Shown: positions 8,785-18,176, numbered from the stretch's first letter. The stretch: DNA of 34,961 bases from Candidatus Thorarchaeota archaeon (GCA_048884785.1 JBHLQM010000017.1:18284-53244), one strand, 5' to 3'. Numbers and translations: made by a program. The notes: generated by a model not told the origin, from the sequence alone.

Positions 8785-9624
8785 ATGTGTCTTCAGCATA
8801 TCACTGGCAATATCTATGCAGACGTATCAGGCAAGTATGGTGGTAACTTTGGAGCCGTTGTTCTGCAGGATCAGGTAGTTATGATTGACTCCGGGATGAT
8901 TCATACACATACTGCCAAGGTTCGGGATTGGATTGACTCACAATTTCTACTACCTGTTACAAAGCTCCTGTATACACATTCGCATAGTGATCATGTCTTT
9001 GGAGCGCAGGGTTTGGGCGAATTAACAAGAATAGGATCTAAGGCGATGAGTGATATTTGCATTAGGAACCTTGATGATCAATGGAAGAGTGAAACGATAT
9101 TGAGCAATGCTGAATCACGGAAAGAAGAACGCCCAGAGCTTTGGGCTGCAGTTCAAAACCTCACTCTGAAGTTACCCGATTTGGTGTTTGAAAAGCGAAT
9201 CACTATTGGTGCTTTTGAAGAATTAACGCTTCAGCATATAGGAGGGCATACGGCTGGTTCCTCCGTTGTCATCTCCAAAGATGAGCATGCAATATTCATT
9301 GGAGACCTCATATTCAATGGGGTGTTTCCGTACGCCGGTGATCCCACCTGTAATCCTGATGTATGGATATCAGCCCTTGAGGAAATTGGTGCGAGCAATT
9401 TTGACTACATCATCCCTGGCCATGGTCCTCTATGTGACAATGAAGCGCTGCAAAGTCACATTGAGTTCTTTCAGAAACTACGTGAATCAGTGAAAGATGC
9501 TATAAATGCAGGAATTTCAGCTGACGAGTATCTCAACCGAAACATGATGCCAGAATATTATGAAGAAGGCTTGAGCCATAGAGGTCCAATAACAATTCAT
9601 CGCTTCTTCGATTTCTACTCCTAG
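8785..9624 (+). CDS. MBL-fold metallo-hydrolase (cyclase/glyoxalase II-like)
   Basis: THSHSDH, GGHTAGS, GDL and IPGHG metal-binding motifs. Confidence 0.92.
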   Translation: MCLQHITGNIYADVSGKYGGNFGAVVLQDQVVMIDSGMIHTHTAKVRDWIDSQFLLPVTKLLYTHSHSDHVFGAQGLGELTRIGSKAMSDICIRNLDDQWKSETILSNAESRKEERPELWAAVQNLTLKLPDLVFEKRITIGAFEELTLQHIGGHTAGSSVVISKDEHAIFIGDLIFNGVFPYAGDPTCNPDVWISALEEIGASNFDYIIPGHGPLCDNEALQSHIEFFQKLRESVKDAINAGISADEYLNRNMMPEYYEEGLSHRGPITIHRFFDFYS

Positions 9625-9635
9625 AGGAATGCAAG

Positions 9636-11549
9636 ATGCGATTGCTTGAGAGCATAAATGTTGGAAACCTTGAGCTTGAGAATAGAATCATTCTACTGGC
9701 AACGCACCTTGGGTATTGTTCTGAAAATGGTATAGTGACCGATCGTATAATTGAATTTTACAGAGAACGCGCGAGATTTCGACCTGGCTTGATAGTTGTT
9801 GGGGGGTGCTATACCGAAAAAAGAGGAAGAAGCGGTCCTACTATGATTGGCATCTCTAGTGATGACCATATCGAGGGTCTCAATAGATTGACCTCTGCCA
9901 TTCATGATTATAATGTGCCGGCTGCAGCTCAGCTATATCATGCAGGTCGGTATTCTCATGAGATATTCATAGGGGAGCAGCCAGTTTCTGCATCATCTGA
10001 GTACACGAGATTGACTCGGACAACTCCTCGTCCTCTTTCTATTGATGAAATTGCTGCAACCGTCGAGAATTTTGGACTAGCCGCGAGAAGGGCACAGAAT
10101 GCTGGCTTTGACGGGGTTGAAATCATCGGATCCGCTGGCTATATAATTAATCAATTTCTAGCCCGTGCAACGAATAAAAGAACTGATGAATATAATGGAG
10201 ACCTTCGTGCAAGAGCCAGATTCGCATTGGAAGTTATAGAATCAGTAAGAAAGCATGTCGGAGATTCCTACACAGTAATCTATCGAATGAGTGGCGATGA
10301 TTTTGTTGAGGACGGGACCACTCTGAAAGATAACCGGATGATAGCACCTTGGCTAGTTGATGCAGGAGTGGACTGCATTAATGTAACCGGAGGATGGCAT
10401 GAAACTCGTGTTCCTCAAATCACTATGGATGTACCTCGTGGACACTATTCCTATCTTGCTGAAGGCATTGCAGAAGTAGTAGATGTCCCGGTAGTTGCCT
10501 GCAATCGAATAAATAGTCCAACAGTTGCTGAGAAAATATTGCAGCGAGGAAAGGCTCGTCTTATCGGTATGTCTAGAGGATTCATAGCAGATCCAGAAAT
10601 AATGGAGAAAATAAGGAACTCACGTTTTGATAGCATACGTACATGCATAGGATGTAATATCGGATGTCTGGACCAGGTGTTTTTGTTGGAACCTGTGGTC
10701 TGCTCCATCAATCCCATTGCTGGGTATGAGGGGCAGCGCGCATTGGGGACTAGGGCTGAAGGAAGAATTGCTGTAGTAGGAGCTGGTCCTGCTGGGATGG
10801 AAGCCTCGCGTGTGCTTCGCATGCGTGGCTACGACGTAACTCTTTTTGACAAAAGCTCACGTCCCGGAGGCCTCTTGAATCTTGCTTCCAAAGTACCACT
10901 AAGAGGGGAATTTGCGACCTATTGTGTTCATATGTGGAGAGAACTCAAACGACTTGGGGTGAATCTCGAGCTTGGAACAAAAGCCACAATTGAGATACTT
11001 CAAAATGGCGGCTACGATGCTGTCGTTTGTGCTACTGGTACAATTCCTGCCGCTCCAGCAATTGAAGGGGTTGAGTCACCCCACGTGACATCTGCATATG
11101 ATGTTATGTCATCTGGTGCTGATGACTTGGGCAGAGTTTCGATTCTAGGAGCCGATTCACTTGGCTGTCACGCGGCATTATACTTGTCGTCAAGAGCAGA
11201 TTCTATTGATCTATTTGCCTTGGGCGATGTAGTGGGAGAAGACATTGGCATATCAACAAGATGGGTAATCCTGCAGGCTCTCAAAAATAGAAATGTCACC
11301 ATCCACAAAAATGTGGAGATCTCTCAAATCACATCAAATTACATCATGATAGAGGGCAATGACGATACCATTCTCCTTGATGCAGATACTGTTGTTGTCG
11401 CAGCGAAGCCTCAACCGAGAGTAGAGCTATATGATTCATTGATGGACCTGGATATCAGAGCTGTACTAATCGGTTCAGCTCGAAAGAGCATGAACCTGCT
11501 GGATGCAGTACATGATGCATTCCTCTTTGCCACTGATTTCTCAATTTAA
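9636..11549 (+). CDS. fadH: 2,4-dienoyl-CoA reductase FadH-like flavin/Fe-S oxidoreductase (OYE family)
   Basis: QLYHAGR, GSAGYIINQFL, NKRTDEY, GGWHETRVP, CIGCNIGCLD...CSINP (4Fe-4S) and VVGAGPAG (FAD). Confidence 0.88.
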   Translation: MRLLESINVGNLELENRIILLATHLGYCSENGIVTDRIIEFYRERARFRPGLIVVGGCYTEKRGRSGPTMIGISSDDHIEGLNRLTSAIHDYNVPAAAQLYHAGRYSHEIFIGEQPVSASSEYTRLTRTTPRPLSIDEIAATVENFGLAARRAQNAGFDGVEIIGSAGYIINQFLARATNKRTDEYNGDLRARARFALEVIESVRKHVGDSYTVIYRMSGDDFVEDGTTLKDNRMIAPWLVDAGVDCINVTGGWHETRVPQITMDVPRGHYSYLAEGIAEVVDVPVVACNRINSPTVAEKILQRGKARLIGMSRGFIADPEIMEKIRNSRFDSIRTCIGCNIGCLDQVFLLEPVVCSINPIAGYEGQRALGTRAEGRIAVVGAGPAGMEASRVLRMRGYDVTLFDKSSRPGGLLNLASKVPLRGEFATYCVHMWRELKRLGVNLELGTKATIEILQNGGYDAVVCATGTIPAAPAIEGVESPHVTSAYDVMSSGADDLGRVSILGADSLGCHAALYLSSRADSIDLFALGDVVGEDIGISTRWVILQALKNRNVTIHKNVEISQITSNYIMIEGNDDTILLDADTVVVAAKPQPRVELYDSLMDLDIRAVLIGSARKSMNLLDAVHDAFLFATDFSI

Positions 11550-11605
11550 ACCGCAACAGGTCAATGTGATTCCCTGCCTAAGCGGATACTCTTATAGGCC
11601 TAGCA

Positions 11606-12817
11606 GTGAGTTTTGAAATAGTTCTGGAATATGGAGTATGCACTGAAGTGTCCATTGACAACGAGTTTACACCTAGAGTAATCAGCTATCCAACATTCAC
11701 TGAGCTTTCAGCTATTCTCTCCAGTCACTTTGAAATCCTATCAAGCACAATTGAGTATGGCATGCCAACTTTTCTCTACAGATGGAGCAGCGCTGAAGTT
11801 CCAAAACCTGAAGTGCAGCGCAAGGTGTTTGATGAGATACACGCTAAAGCAGATACTCTGAATTTGTGGTCTGTCATTCGTTGGTCAGACGAGGCCCAGA
11901 AAGTATACTATACAAGATTCATACCGCAGGAACGTCAACCGAAAAGCGATATACGTATCAATTATGCCCTTTTCATTGCTACACTTGCCGCTATTGCAAT
12001 AGGTGGATTCTTGCAGGCAACAAGTATAGTTTTTCTTACACTTTTCTATCCTAATGGCTATACTATATGGGATATCGCATTTACTACTGGGATATTCATA
12101 TTGGCGTTAATGGGGATTATAGGGACTCATGAAATGGGGCATTATCAAATGGCGAAAAGACGAGGTATAGATGCCACTCCTCCGTATTTCATTCCCGGAC
12201 TACCTCAGATAGGAGGTACCTTTGGAGCTTTCATTCAGCAAAAGAGTCCTCCAAAGGACCGAAGTGCTTTATTTGATCTCGGAGTTGCTGGACCGTATGC
12301 GGGATTCGCAGTAACCTTGGTTGCGTTAATAGCCGGATTCCTACTTTCTGTACCAGTAACTGCTGAGCAAATTGCGGCAATCGATAACACGTTTCCAGGT
12401 ATGTCCGGTGGACTTCCAGTTCCATACCTCTTTGTAATTCTAGAGCTTTTCTTTGGCGGGCTAGTTCCTCCTGGAGGCACAATATATCTGCATCCTGTTG
12501 GTTTTGCAGCCTGGGTAGGCTGCCTAGTTACTGCATTGAATCTCTTTCCTGCAGGACAGCTTGATGGTGGTCACGCCCTGAGAGCGATAATTGACGAGAA
12601 GAAGCAGAAGTATATTGGTTTTGGAGCTATTGCTGTCATGTTTCTCCTTGGGTTTTACCTGATGGCAATTTTGGTTCTTGCCTTGGGTGCGGCTGGCGGT
12701 CATCCGGGTGCGCTTGATGATACAGTACCTGTGACGAAATCTAGGGTCATTATATTCATAGTTGCGATGATAATTCTGGCCCTAAGTATTCCACCTCTGG
12801 GTTTGACACTCTTTTAG
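11606..12817 (+). CDS. Site-2 intramembrane metalloprotease (M50)
   Basis: HEMGH, GTFGAFI, AGPYAG and NLFPAGQLDGGH. True start may be GTG at 11648. Confidence 0.93.
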   Translation: MSFEIVLEYGVCTEVSIDNEFTPRVISYPTFTELSAILSSHFEILSSTIEYGMPTFLYRWSSAEVPKPEVQRKVFDEIHAKADTLNLWSVIRWSDEAQKVYYTRFIPQERQPKSDIRINYALFIATLAAIAIGGFLQATSIVFLTLFYPNGYTIWDIAFTTGIFILALMGIIGTHEMGHYQMAKRRGIDATPPYFIPGLPQIGGTFGAFIQQKSPPKDRSALFDLGVAGPYAGFAVTLVALIAGFLLSVPVTAEQIAAIDNTFPGMSGGLPVPYLFVILELFFGGLVPPGGTIYLHPVGFAAWVGCLVTALNLFPAGQLDGGHALRAIIDEKKQKYIGFGAIAVMFLLGFYLMAILVLALGAAGGHPGALDDTVPVTKSRVIIFIVAMIILALSIPPLGLTLF

Positions 12818-12860
12818 TAATAAGCCCCATCAATTAATACTTGAGTCCAGTATTGAATTA

Positions 12861-12879
12861 GAGGAAGCTTAGCTTCCTC
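12861..12879. terminator. Palindrome between the convergent S2P and tbp genes, possible bidirectional terminator
   Basis: GAGGAAGCT-T-AGCTTCCTC. Confidence 0.5.
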
Positions 12880-12916
12880 CATCTCTATGGGAAAAATCAA
12901 GTTTCATGTTTAGTTA

Positions 12917-13501
12917 TTAGTCAATATCCCAGTCTTCTCCTTCTGGAATACGCATAACGCCAAGCTCTAGTAGGCGATCCATGACTTTGTGTGCAGCCTC
13001 ATCAATCTGAGGTTCGAATTTGGCACCAGTAATGACAAGCTTTCCAGATCCAAATAGAAGGATGACTACCTTTGGATCTCTCATCCTATAGATGAGACCC
13101 GGGAATTGCTCTGGCTCATACAGAGTATTCTCGAGTTTCATGGCCGCTAATTCGAGATTCAGTTCAGCGCCTAGGCTAGCACTTGCCACAATATTCTGCA
13201 CAACAATGATTGGTTTGCCAGTGATTTCGATTCCCGCCTCTTTAATATTCTTCACAATTCTATGAACTGCGCGTTTTGCTTCCTTCTCGCTCTTTGCACC
13301 GGTGCAGACCATCTTACCTGAATTGAAAATCAGAGTTGCAGTCTTTGGCTTCTTAAGTCTATATACCAAACCTGGGAACTGTTCAGGATCAAATTCAACA
13401 TTGGGCATTGTTGCGGCGATCTCATCCAGGTCAAGCCTCTGATTTAAAATAACTGAGGCAACAACATTCTCTATTTTTGTGATTGGGGTTGGTCGGGGCA
13501 T
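12917..13501 (-). CDS. tbp: TATA-box binding protein
   Basis: Two TBP repeats (ENVVAS..PEQFPGLVYR..LIFNSGKMVCTG and QNIVAS..EPEQFPGLIYR..LLFGSGKLVITG) plus an acidic archaeal tail. Confidence 0.99.
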   Translation of the reverse strand: MPRPTPITKIENVVASVILNQRLDLDEIAATMPNVEFDPEQFPGLVYRLKKPKTATLIFNSGKMVCTGAKSEKEAKRAVHRIVKNIKEAGIEITGKPIIVVQNIVASASLGAELNLELAAMKLENTLYEPEQFPGLIYRMRDPKVVILLFGSGKLVITGAKFEPQIDEAAHKVMDRLLELGVMRIPEGEDWDID

Positions 13502-13511
13502 AAAAATTCAA

Positions 13512-13592
13512 TCTCCTACTTTATAAGGGCCTCTTTATAAAGGGGTTAGAATTTTGCCTTATAAAGCTGCGCAATAAGGTCATTGGACCTTA
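13512..13592 (-). promoter_or_regulatory. tbp promoter region: SD, three TTTATAA boxes and an upstream 7-4-7 palindrome
   Basis: Minus-strand GTAGGAGA (13512-13519); CTTTATAAGG 13519-13528; CTTTATAAAG 13533-13542; CCTTATAAAG 13557-13566; TAAGGTC-ATTG-GACCTTA 13575-13592. Confidence 0.7.
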
Positions 13593-13594
13593 AG

Positions 13595-13619
13595 AAAAAA
13601 GATGGAGCGTCATGCTCCA
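13595..13619 (-). terminator. Hairpin plus U-tract terminator of the 13625-14284 gene
   Basis: TGGAGC-N5-GCTCCA (13603-13619) followed on the minus strand by TCTTTTTT. Confidence 0.65.
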
Positions 13620-13624
13620 CCACT

Positions 13625-14284
13625 TTATCTTCTTTTGATAGCTACTACAACGAGAATTACTAAAACTACTGCCGCAACGCCAATGATGAGAAGAGTTGTG
13701 GAATCAAGAGGAAGGTTTAAACTGCCCGGAACAGCCAACTCGAAATATTCGTCTGCCTGAGATGTATAATCCATGTATACCTTATAGTATTCCGTAACTC
13801 CATTCGTCTTTGATACGTAGAGAGTAGTTGTCTTTGTAGCACCTGTAAATTGCTCGACATAAATGTACCCCCACTGGCCAGCATTATTCACAATTGTAAC
13901 ATCGCCCGTTGCTGATTCAGCAGATTCCTCCAGAAGTTGCGTGAGGAGTGACCAGTTGCCAATTGGGCACATTACTATCCAGTATGGAGTGAATCCCAGA
14001 GGCGTTCCATTCTCATAAAAACCTGAGATGTAAGACGTGCTAAGTATGGCATTTGAAATACTTGTTACTGTGTCTGGGATAGGTGGAAGTGACGTTACTT
14101 CGATGTAGATGTTTTTGGTGCCTTGCTCATATGATATCTGCGTTCCTGCAACAGTAAATGTATAGTGAAACTTATCTCCCACATTGAAACCCCATTCAAG
14201 ACCTTGCGTGTTTGTAGCATTCACGTAAGTCATAGGCAAAAGAAACAGGGTCCCAATGATTAGTGCAATTCCAATTACCTTCAA
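13625..14284 (-). CDS. Secreted, C-terminally membrane-anchored surface protein of unknown function
   Basis: N-terminal signal peptide, beta-rich body (LEWGFNVGDKFHY...PIGNWSLL), C-terminal TM helix followed by KRR. Confidence 0.85.
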   Translation of the reverse strand: MKVIGIALIIGTLFLLPMTYVNATNTQGLEWGFNVGDKFHYTFTVAGTQISYEQGTKNIYIEVTSLPPIPDTVTSISNAILSTSYISGFYENGTPLGFTPYWIVMCPIGNWSLLTQLLEESAESATGDVTIVNNAGQWGYIYVEQFTGATKTTTLYVSKTNGVTEYYKVYMDYTSQADEYFELAVPGSLNLPLDSTTLLIIGVAAVVLVILVVVAIKRR

Positions 14285-14420
14285 TGAAAAACCCCCAATC
14301 GATTTCTGAACTGCGTTTCCCTACAATCCACTAAATAACTCTTGCTGGGAAATGAAAAATGCAGTTACAAGATTGATCAGCTTTAGAGAAGTACACCGTT
14401 TAGTACACGCGACTAGAGAG

Positions 14421-14681
14421 GATGGAGCAAAACGCTTCATTATTTCATCTTCTTTTGATAAACACTACAACATGAATTAATACTACTGCTGCTCCTACAC
14501 CAATGATGAGGAGAGTCGTGAGGTCTATTGGAAGACCTGCAGGAGCCGCCATCTCGATGTACTCGTCTTCCCCAGATGAATAATCCATATGCTGTTTGTA
14601 GTATGGTAGGCCACCACTGGTCTTTGATAGATGGAGGGTGGTTCTCATTGATAGCCTCCAATGGAGTACATATCCAAGCAT
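14421..14681 (-). pseudogene. Truncated paralog (3' third plus decayed terminator) of the 13625-14284 surface protein gene
   Basis: TTLHLSKTSGGLPYYKQHMDYSSGEDEYIEM..LPIDLTTLLIIGV..IKRR versus TTLYVSKTNGVTEYYKVYMDYTSQADEYFEL..LPLDSTTLLIIGV..IKRR. GATGGAGC hairpin relic at 14421-14440. No signal peptide. Confidence 0.85.
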
Positions 14682-14778
14682 TCTCTAGAAATCTCCCGCT
14701 GGAACCAAGAGATCTAATATCAAGATTGTTATAAGACATAGTACAATTTCTGAAGTTCACCGTGTTTGGTGAATAGAT

Positions 14779-15564
14779 ATGAACTCAAACAAGGGAATGA
14801 TGCCAACACTATTCATAGGACATGGTTCCCCCATGAATGCTATAGAGAATAACAAATTCACGAAAGGATGGGAGGACATCGCAAAAGCAATCCCAGAACC
14901 TTCCGCAATTCTCTGCATCTCTGCTCATTGGTATATACCAGACACTAGAATTGGTGGAATGGACTCTCCACGAACAATCCACGATTTCTATGGTTTTCCT
15001 CGTGAATTGTATGATCAGCAATATCCTGCTCCTGGAGCTCCAAAGTTGGCCAGTGAGGTACAACACTTAGTACATTCGACAAGAATCACTTCTGATGCGA
15101 ATTGGGGACTTGATCATGGCACTTGGTGTGTACTAAAGAAGATGTATCCAAAAGCTCATCTTCCCACAACACAGCTTAGCATTGACTACACAAAATCACC
15201 TCAACAACACTATAGAATCGCCCAAGAGTTGATAGAGCTGAGAAAACAGGGAGTTCTCATCCTTGGAAGCGGCAATTTAGTCCACAATCTCGCACTTGCT
15301 CGGCTTGATAGATTCGATTCTGTATTCGATTGGAATGTTGAATTTGACCAAAAGATGGTGGAATATTTGCAAACCGGAAATCATCATGCCATAATTGAAT
15401 ACTCAGCATTGGGTGAATTGGCGAGGAAGGCTCACCCAACTCCAGATCATTTCCTGCCACTAGTCTATGTTCTAGGTGCAACGTCATCAGAGGAAGAAGT
15501 ACATGTCTTTAACCAATATTACATGGCGGGCTCTCTTTCAATGACTTCGATAAGAATTGGATAG
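14779..15564 (+). CDS. ygiD: 4,5-DOPA dioxygenase-like extradiol dioxygenase (LigB family)
   Basis: FIGHGSPMNA, ISAHW, TIHDFYGFP, WGLDHG, GSGNLVHNL and HPTPDHFLPL. Confidence 0.93.
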   Translation: MNSNKGMMPTLFIGHGSPMNAIENNKFTKGWEDIAKAIPEPSAILCISAHWYIPDTRIGGMDSPRTIHDFYGFPRELYDQQYPAPGAPKLASEVQHLVHSTRITSDANWGLDHGTWCVLKKMYPKAHLPTTQLSIDYTKSPQQHYRIAQELIELRKQGVLILGSGNLVHNLALARLDRFDSVFDWNVEFDQKMVEYLQTGNHHAIIEYSALGELARKAHPTPDHFLPLVYVLGATSSEEEVHVFNQYYMAGSLSMTSIRIG

Positions 15565-15627
15565 GCACCAAAACTGACAAAAGAATCTTGGTGTCCCTAT
15601 TCCAACTGCAATTTAGGAGGACATTTC

Positions 15628-16461
15628 ATGAAAATGGAAGAGTCTGAATACATGGGATATGATGGTACTCAGATGTTTATGCGGGTCTGGAGCCCTCAGC
15701 AACAACCAAAGGCTGTGTTGCTGGGCTTCCATGGTCTAGGTTCCCACAGTGGCCTGATTTCACATGTGGGGGAATTCTTTGCGAATAGTGGATATCTTTT
15801 CTATGCACCTGATATGCGAGGATTTGGCCACTATTCCGGAATAAAAGGTCATGTGGATTCTTTTGAGGAATATAACAAAGATATGGAAAGCCTGGTGGCA
15901 TTCATAAAGCTCAAACACCCCTCCCTCAAGCTCTTTCTCTATGGGCATTCGCTTGGAGCGCTGTGGATTGTCTTGTATGTAATGGAGTATCAGGAGGGAA
16001 TCGATGGAATTCTTTTGCCATCTTTAGCAGTATCAGAGCGTCTTAAGATAGGAACCGCCACAAGATCCATCATGAAAGTATTATCGAAAGCAAATGTCAA
16101 GAAGCATTTCGATACCGGATTAGACTTGGACCTCATCGCTCGCAATCCAGAAGTGGTTAAAAGGAATAAAGAGGATCCTCTCCGTTTTGATATGGTCACT
16201 CCGAGGATGGCAGCAGAGGGACTTGCAGCTAGGGCAAGAGCGTTTGCTAATGCACAATTAGTGACTGTACCTGTTTTTGTCCTACAGCCCAGTGAGGATT
16301 TGATTTTGATACCTGAGGAAAACAAGAATTATTTCGATCGGATTGCTTCAAAGGACAAGACTTGGAAACAATATGATGGTTTATATCATGAACCATTCCA
16401 GGACGAGGGAGGGGATGAATTACTGAAGGATATGGCGGCTTGGCTCGACGAACGCACCTAG
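15628..16461 (+). CDS. Alpha/beta hydrolase, lysophospholipase/monoacylglycerol lipase type
   Basis: HGLGSH, DMRGFG, GHSLG nucleophile elbow, catalytic Asp (SEDL) and His (LYHE). Confidence 0.92.
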   Translation: MKMEESEYMGYDGTQMFMRVWSPQQQPKAVLLGFHGLGSHSGLISHVGEFFANSGYLFYAPDMRGFGHYSGIKGHVDSFEEYNKDMESLVAFIKLKHPSLKLFLYGHSLGALWIVLYVMEYQEGIDGILLPSLAVSERLKIGTATRSIMKVLSKANVKKHFDTGLDLDLIARNPEVVKRNKEDPLRFDMVTPRMAAEGLAARARAFANAQLVTVPVFVLQPSEDLILIPEENKNYFDRIASKDKTWKQYDGLYHEPFQDEGGDELLKDMAAWLDERT

Positions 16462-16529
16462 TGATTTGTAGGCTCTCAACTGTATCTGCTCGGCAAAAAG
16501 CGTATATATTCGCCTACTGAGCTTATTTC

Positions 16530-16958
16530 ATGAATACCACCCTTCTTACGACGGCCGTTCGTGCATGGCTTATGGAAACATTGGTTTCCGGATTCAACTT
16601 CTTTGTTCTGATGGGTCTAATTTACGAGCCGTTATGGGGTGAGTTAGCCGCACATCAAGTGGGAATGACTACGAGAATCGTGTACATCTTCGTGTTTGCA
16701 TTCCTTCTTCTTCGCTATGTAAAGAAATACGCCACTTTTGACCTAGTTCAGGTCGGACTGCTCTGGTTGGTTTTGGAACTGGTGTTTGAGTGGGGAGGCA
16801 GTTTCCTTATTGGCCGCCCAGTGGCTGAGATACTCATTGGATGGAACGTCTTTGCTGGATATATGTGGCCTTATGTATTGGCTGCATACTTATTATCCAA
16901 TCTTGTTGTTGGTTTAGTCCTGAAGCCCGGGAAGAAGGATTTGGGCAATCTAAAGTAG
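16530..16958 (+). CDS. Conserved hypothetical membrane protein, about 4 TM helices
   Basis: Hydrophobic segments with YEPLWGELAAHQ and WLVLELVFEW; BRE/TATA-like AAAAAGCGTATATA upstream. Confidence 0.75.
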   Translation: MNTTLLTTAVRAWLMETLVSGFNFFVLMGLIYEPLWGELAAHQVGMTTRIVYIFVFAFLLLRYVKKYATFDLVQVGLLWLVLELVFEWGGSFLIGRPVAEILIGWNVFAGYMWPYVLAAYLLSNLVVGLVLKPGKKDLGNLK

Positions 16959-17204
16959 TCCCTATGTCTAGGTCGAAATCATTCATCTTGATTGAATCGT
17001 CTTGAGTCTATCCTTACATTCGAAAGAATGACATCTGAAGCAGATGAGATTCAATGCATGACCACTATATCAAAAACTGACTATACCGGATTCTCAATAG
17101 CAGCTTAAATAGAAAATTGAATGCGAGAAGTTCACAAAGCACTGTTTTAGCATGGTGCTCTTGTTTATGAAACAGAAAATAAATTGAGGTAAATCGAAAT
17201 CCAA

Positions 17205-17912
17205 ATGAACGCGCAAAACACGATGGATGACTCAGACAAGTGGATGTACAAAGTAGGCGGTATATCTGGACTTGTGGTATTTGTAGGGTATTTCATTATC
17301 ATTGCCCTATATATCGTAGCATTTCCACCGAATGGAACCGAGGAGAAACTCATTTTCTTCGCTGAGCATGCGACTGAGTGGTGGTCTATAATCGGTCTCT
17401 CCGTCTTAACGAACTTTCTCCGCTTGCTTGTGTTTTTCTCGCTCTACCTTGCTTTGAAAGGAATTAACCGAAACGCGGCACTAATAGCAGTCGCATTCGA
17501 GGCACTGTTTGTTGTCTTAGAGTGCTCAACCAGCTATGGGACATTGTATCCCGCGTTTATGAATCTCAGTAGTCAATACGCAACAGCCACCAGTGATGCC
17601 CAACGGGCAATCTTCGTCACAGTTGCAACTTATGTAGATGCGGCACTAAATTCCGGCTTTCTAGGAATCTATGCAGTACTCGTCCCCGCCATCAGCTCTA
17701 TTGTAATCAGCTTTGTCATGCTGAAGGGAATCTTCAATAAAGCTACGGCTTACTTGGGCTTCATCTCAGGCATACTAGCAATTGTTTCAGTTGTGGGTGC
17801 CTATTTCATTAGCGCTCTGAGTAATGTTGTAATCATCGCATCCATGTTATCTATGGTCTGGTTTTTGCTTCTTGGCTACAGATTATACAGACTCGGTCAG
17901 GGAGCGAATTAG
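17205..17912 (+). CDS. DUF4386-like polytopic membrane protein
   Basis: About 6 TM helices; LYLALK, LSSQYATATSDAQRA, MLKGIFNKATAYLG and WFLLLGYRLYRL resemble DUF4386. Confidence 0.7.
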   Translation: MNAQNTMDDSDKWMYKVGGISGLVVFVGYFIIIALYIVAFPPNGTEEKLIFFAEHATEWWSIIGLSVLTNFLRLLVFFSLYLALKGINRNAALIAVAFEALFVVLECSTSYGTLYPAFMNLSSQYATATSDAQRAIFVTVATYVDAALNSGFLGIYAVLVPAISSIVISFVMLKGIFNKATAYLGFISGILAIVSVVGAYFISALSNVVIIASMLSMVWFLLLGYRLYRLGQGAN

Positions 17913-18000
17913 AGGTAGATATATTCTGCAGTATACGCAGCTAAACCTTGCTGCACGCAAATTGCAGATTTGGGTGGTGACTACAAAATCAAAATATGTT

Positions 18001-18025
18001 GAACATCGTCCATTGGACGATGTTC
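18001..18025. repeat. Perfect 12-1-12 inverted repeat
   Basis: GAACATCGTCCA-T-TGGACGATGTTC. Confidence 0.85.
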
Positions 18026-18176
18026 TTCCTTTCCCGATCGCGTCGAAATATATTGAACATCTTGCTATACATTTGGTTCAATTACTTTGATTAAAGAGAA
18101 ATGGATTTGATTGTCCAAATCCCGATACACTTACATTAATGTAGAACGTTCAATCCTAGAATAGATATGTATTGGA

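Noticed and set aside
17026-17052. Eukaryote-like SECIS (ATGA...AA...GA), which Asgard archaea can have
   Set aside because: The helix between the core and the loop is only 5-6 bp instead of about 11-12, and no neighbouring gene shows an in-frame TGA at a Cys-equivalent position.
17872-18090. 72-aa ORF with repeated SKY(V/I)EH
   Set aside because: It overlaps the upstream gene, and the peptide repeat is a by-product of the DNA direct repeat.
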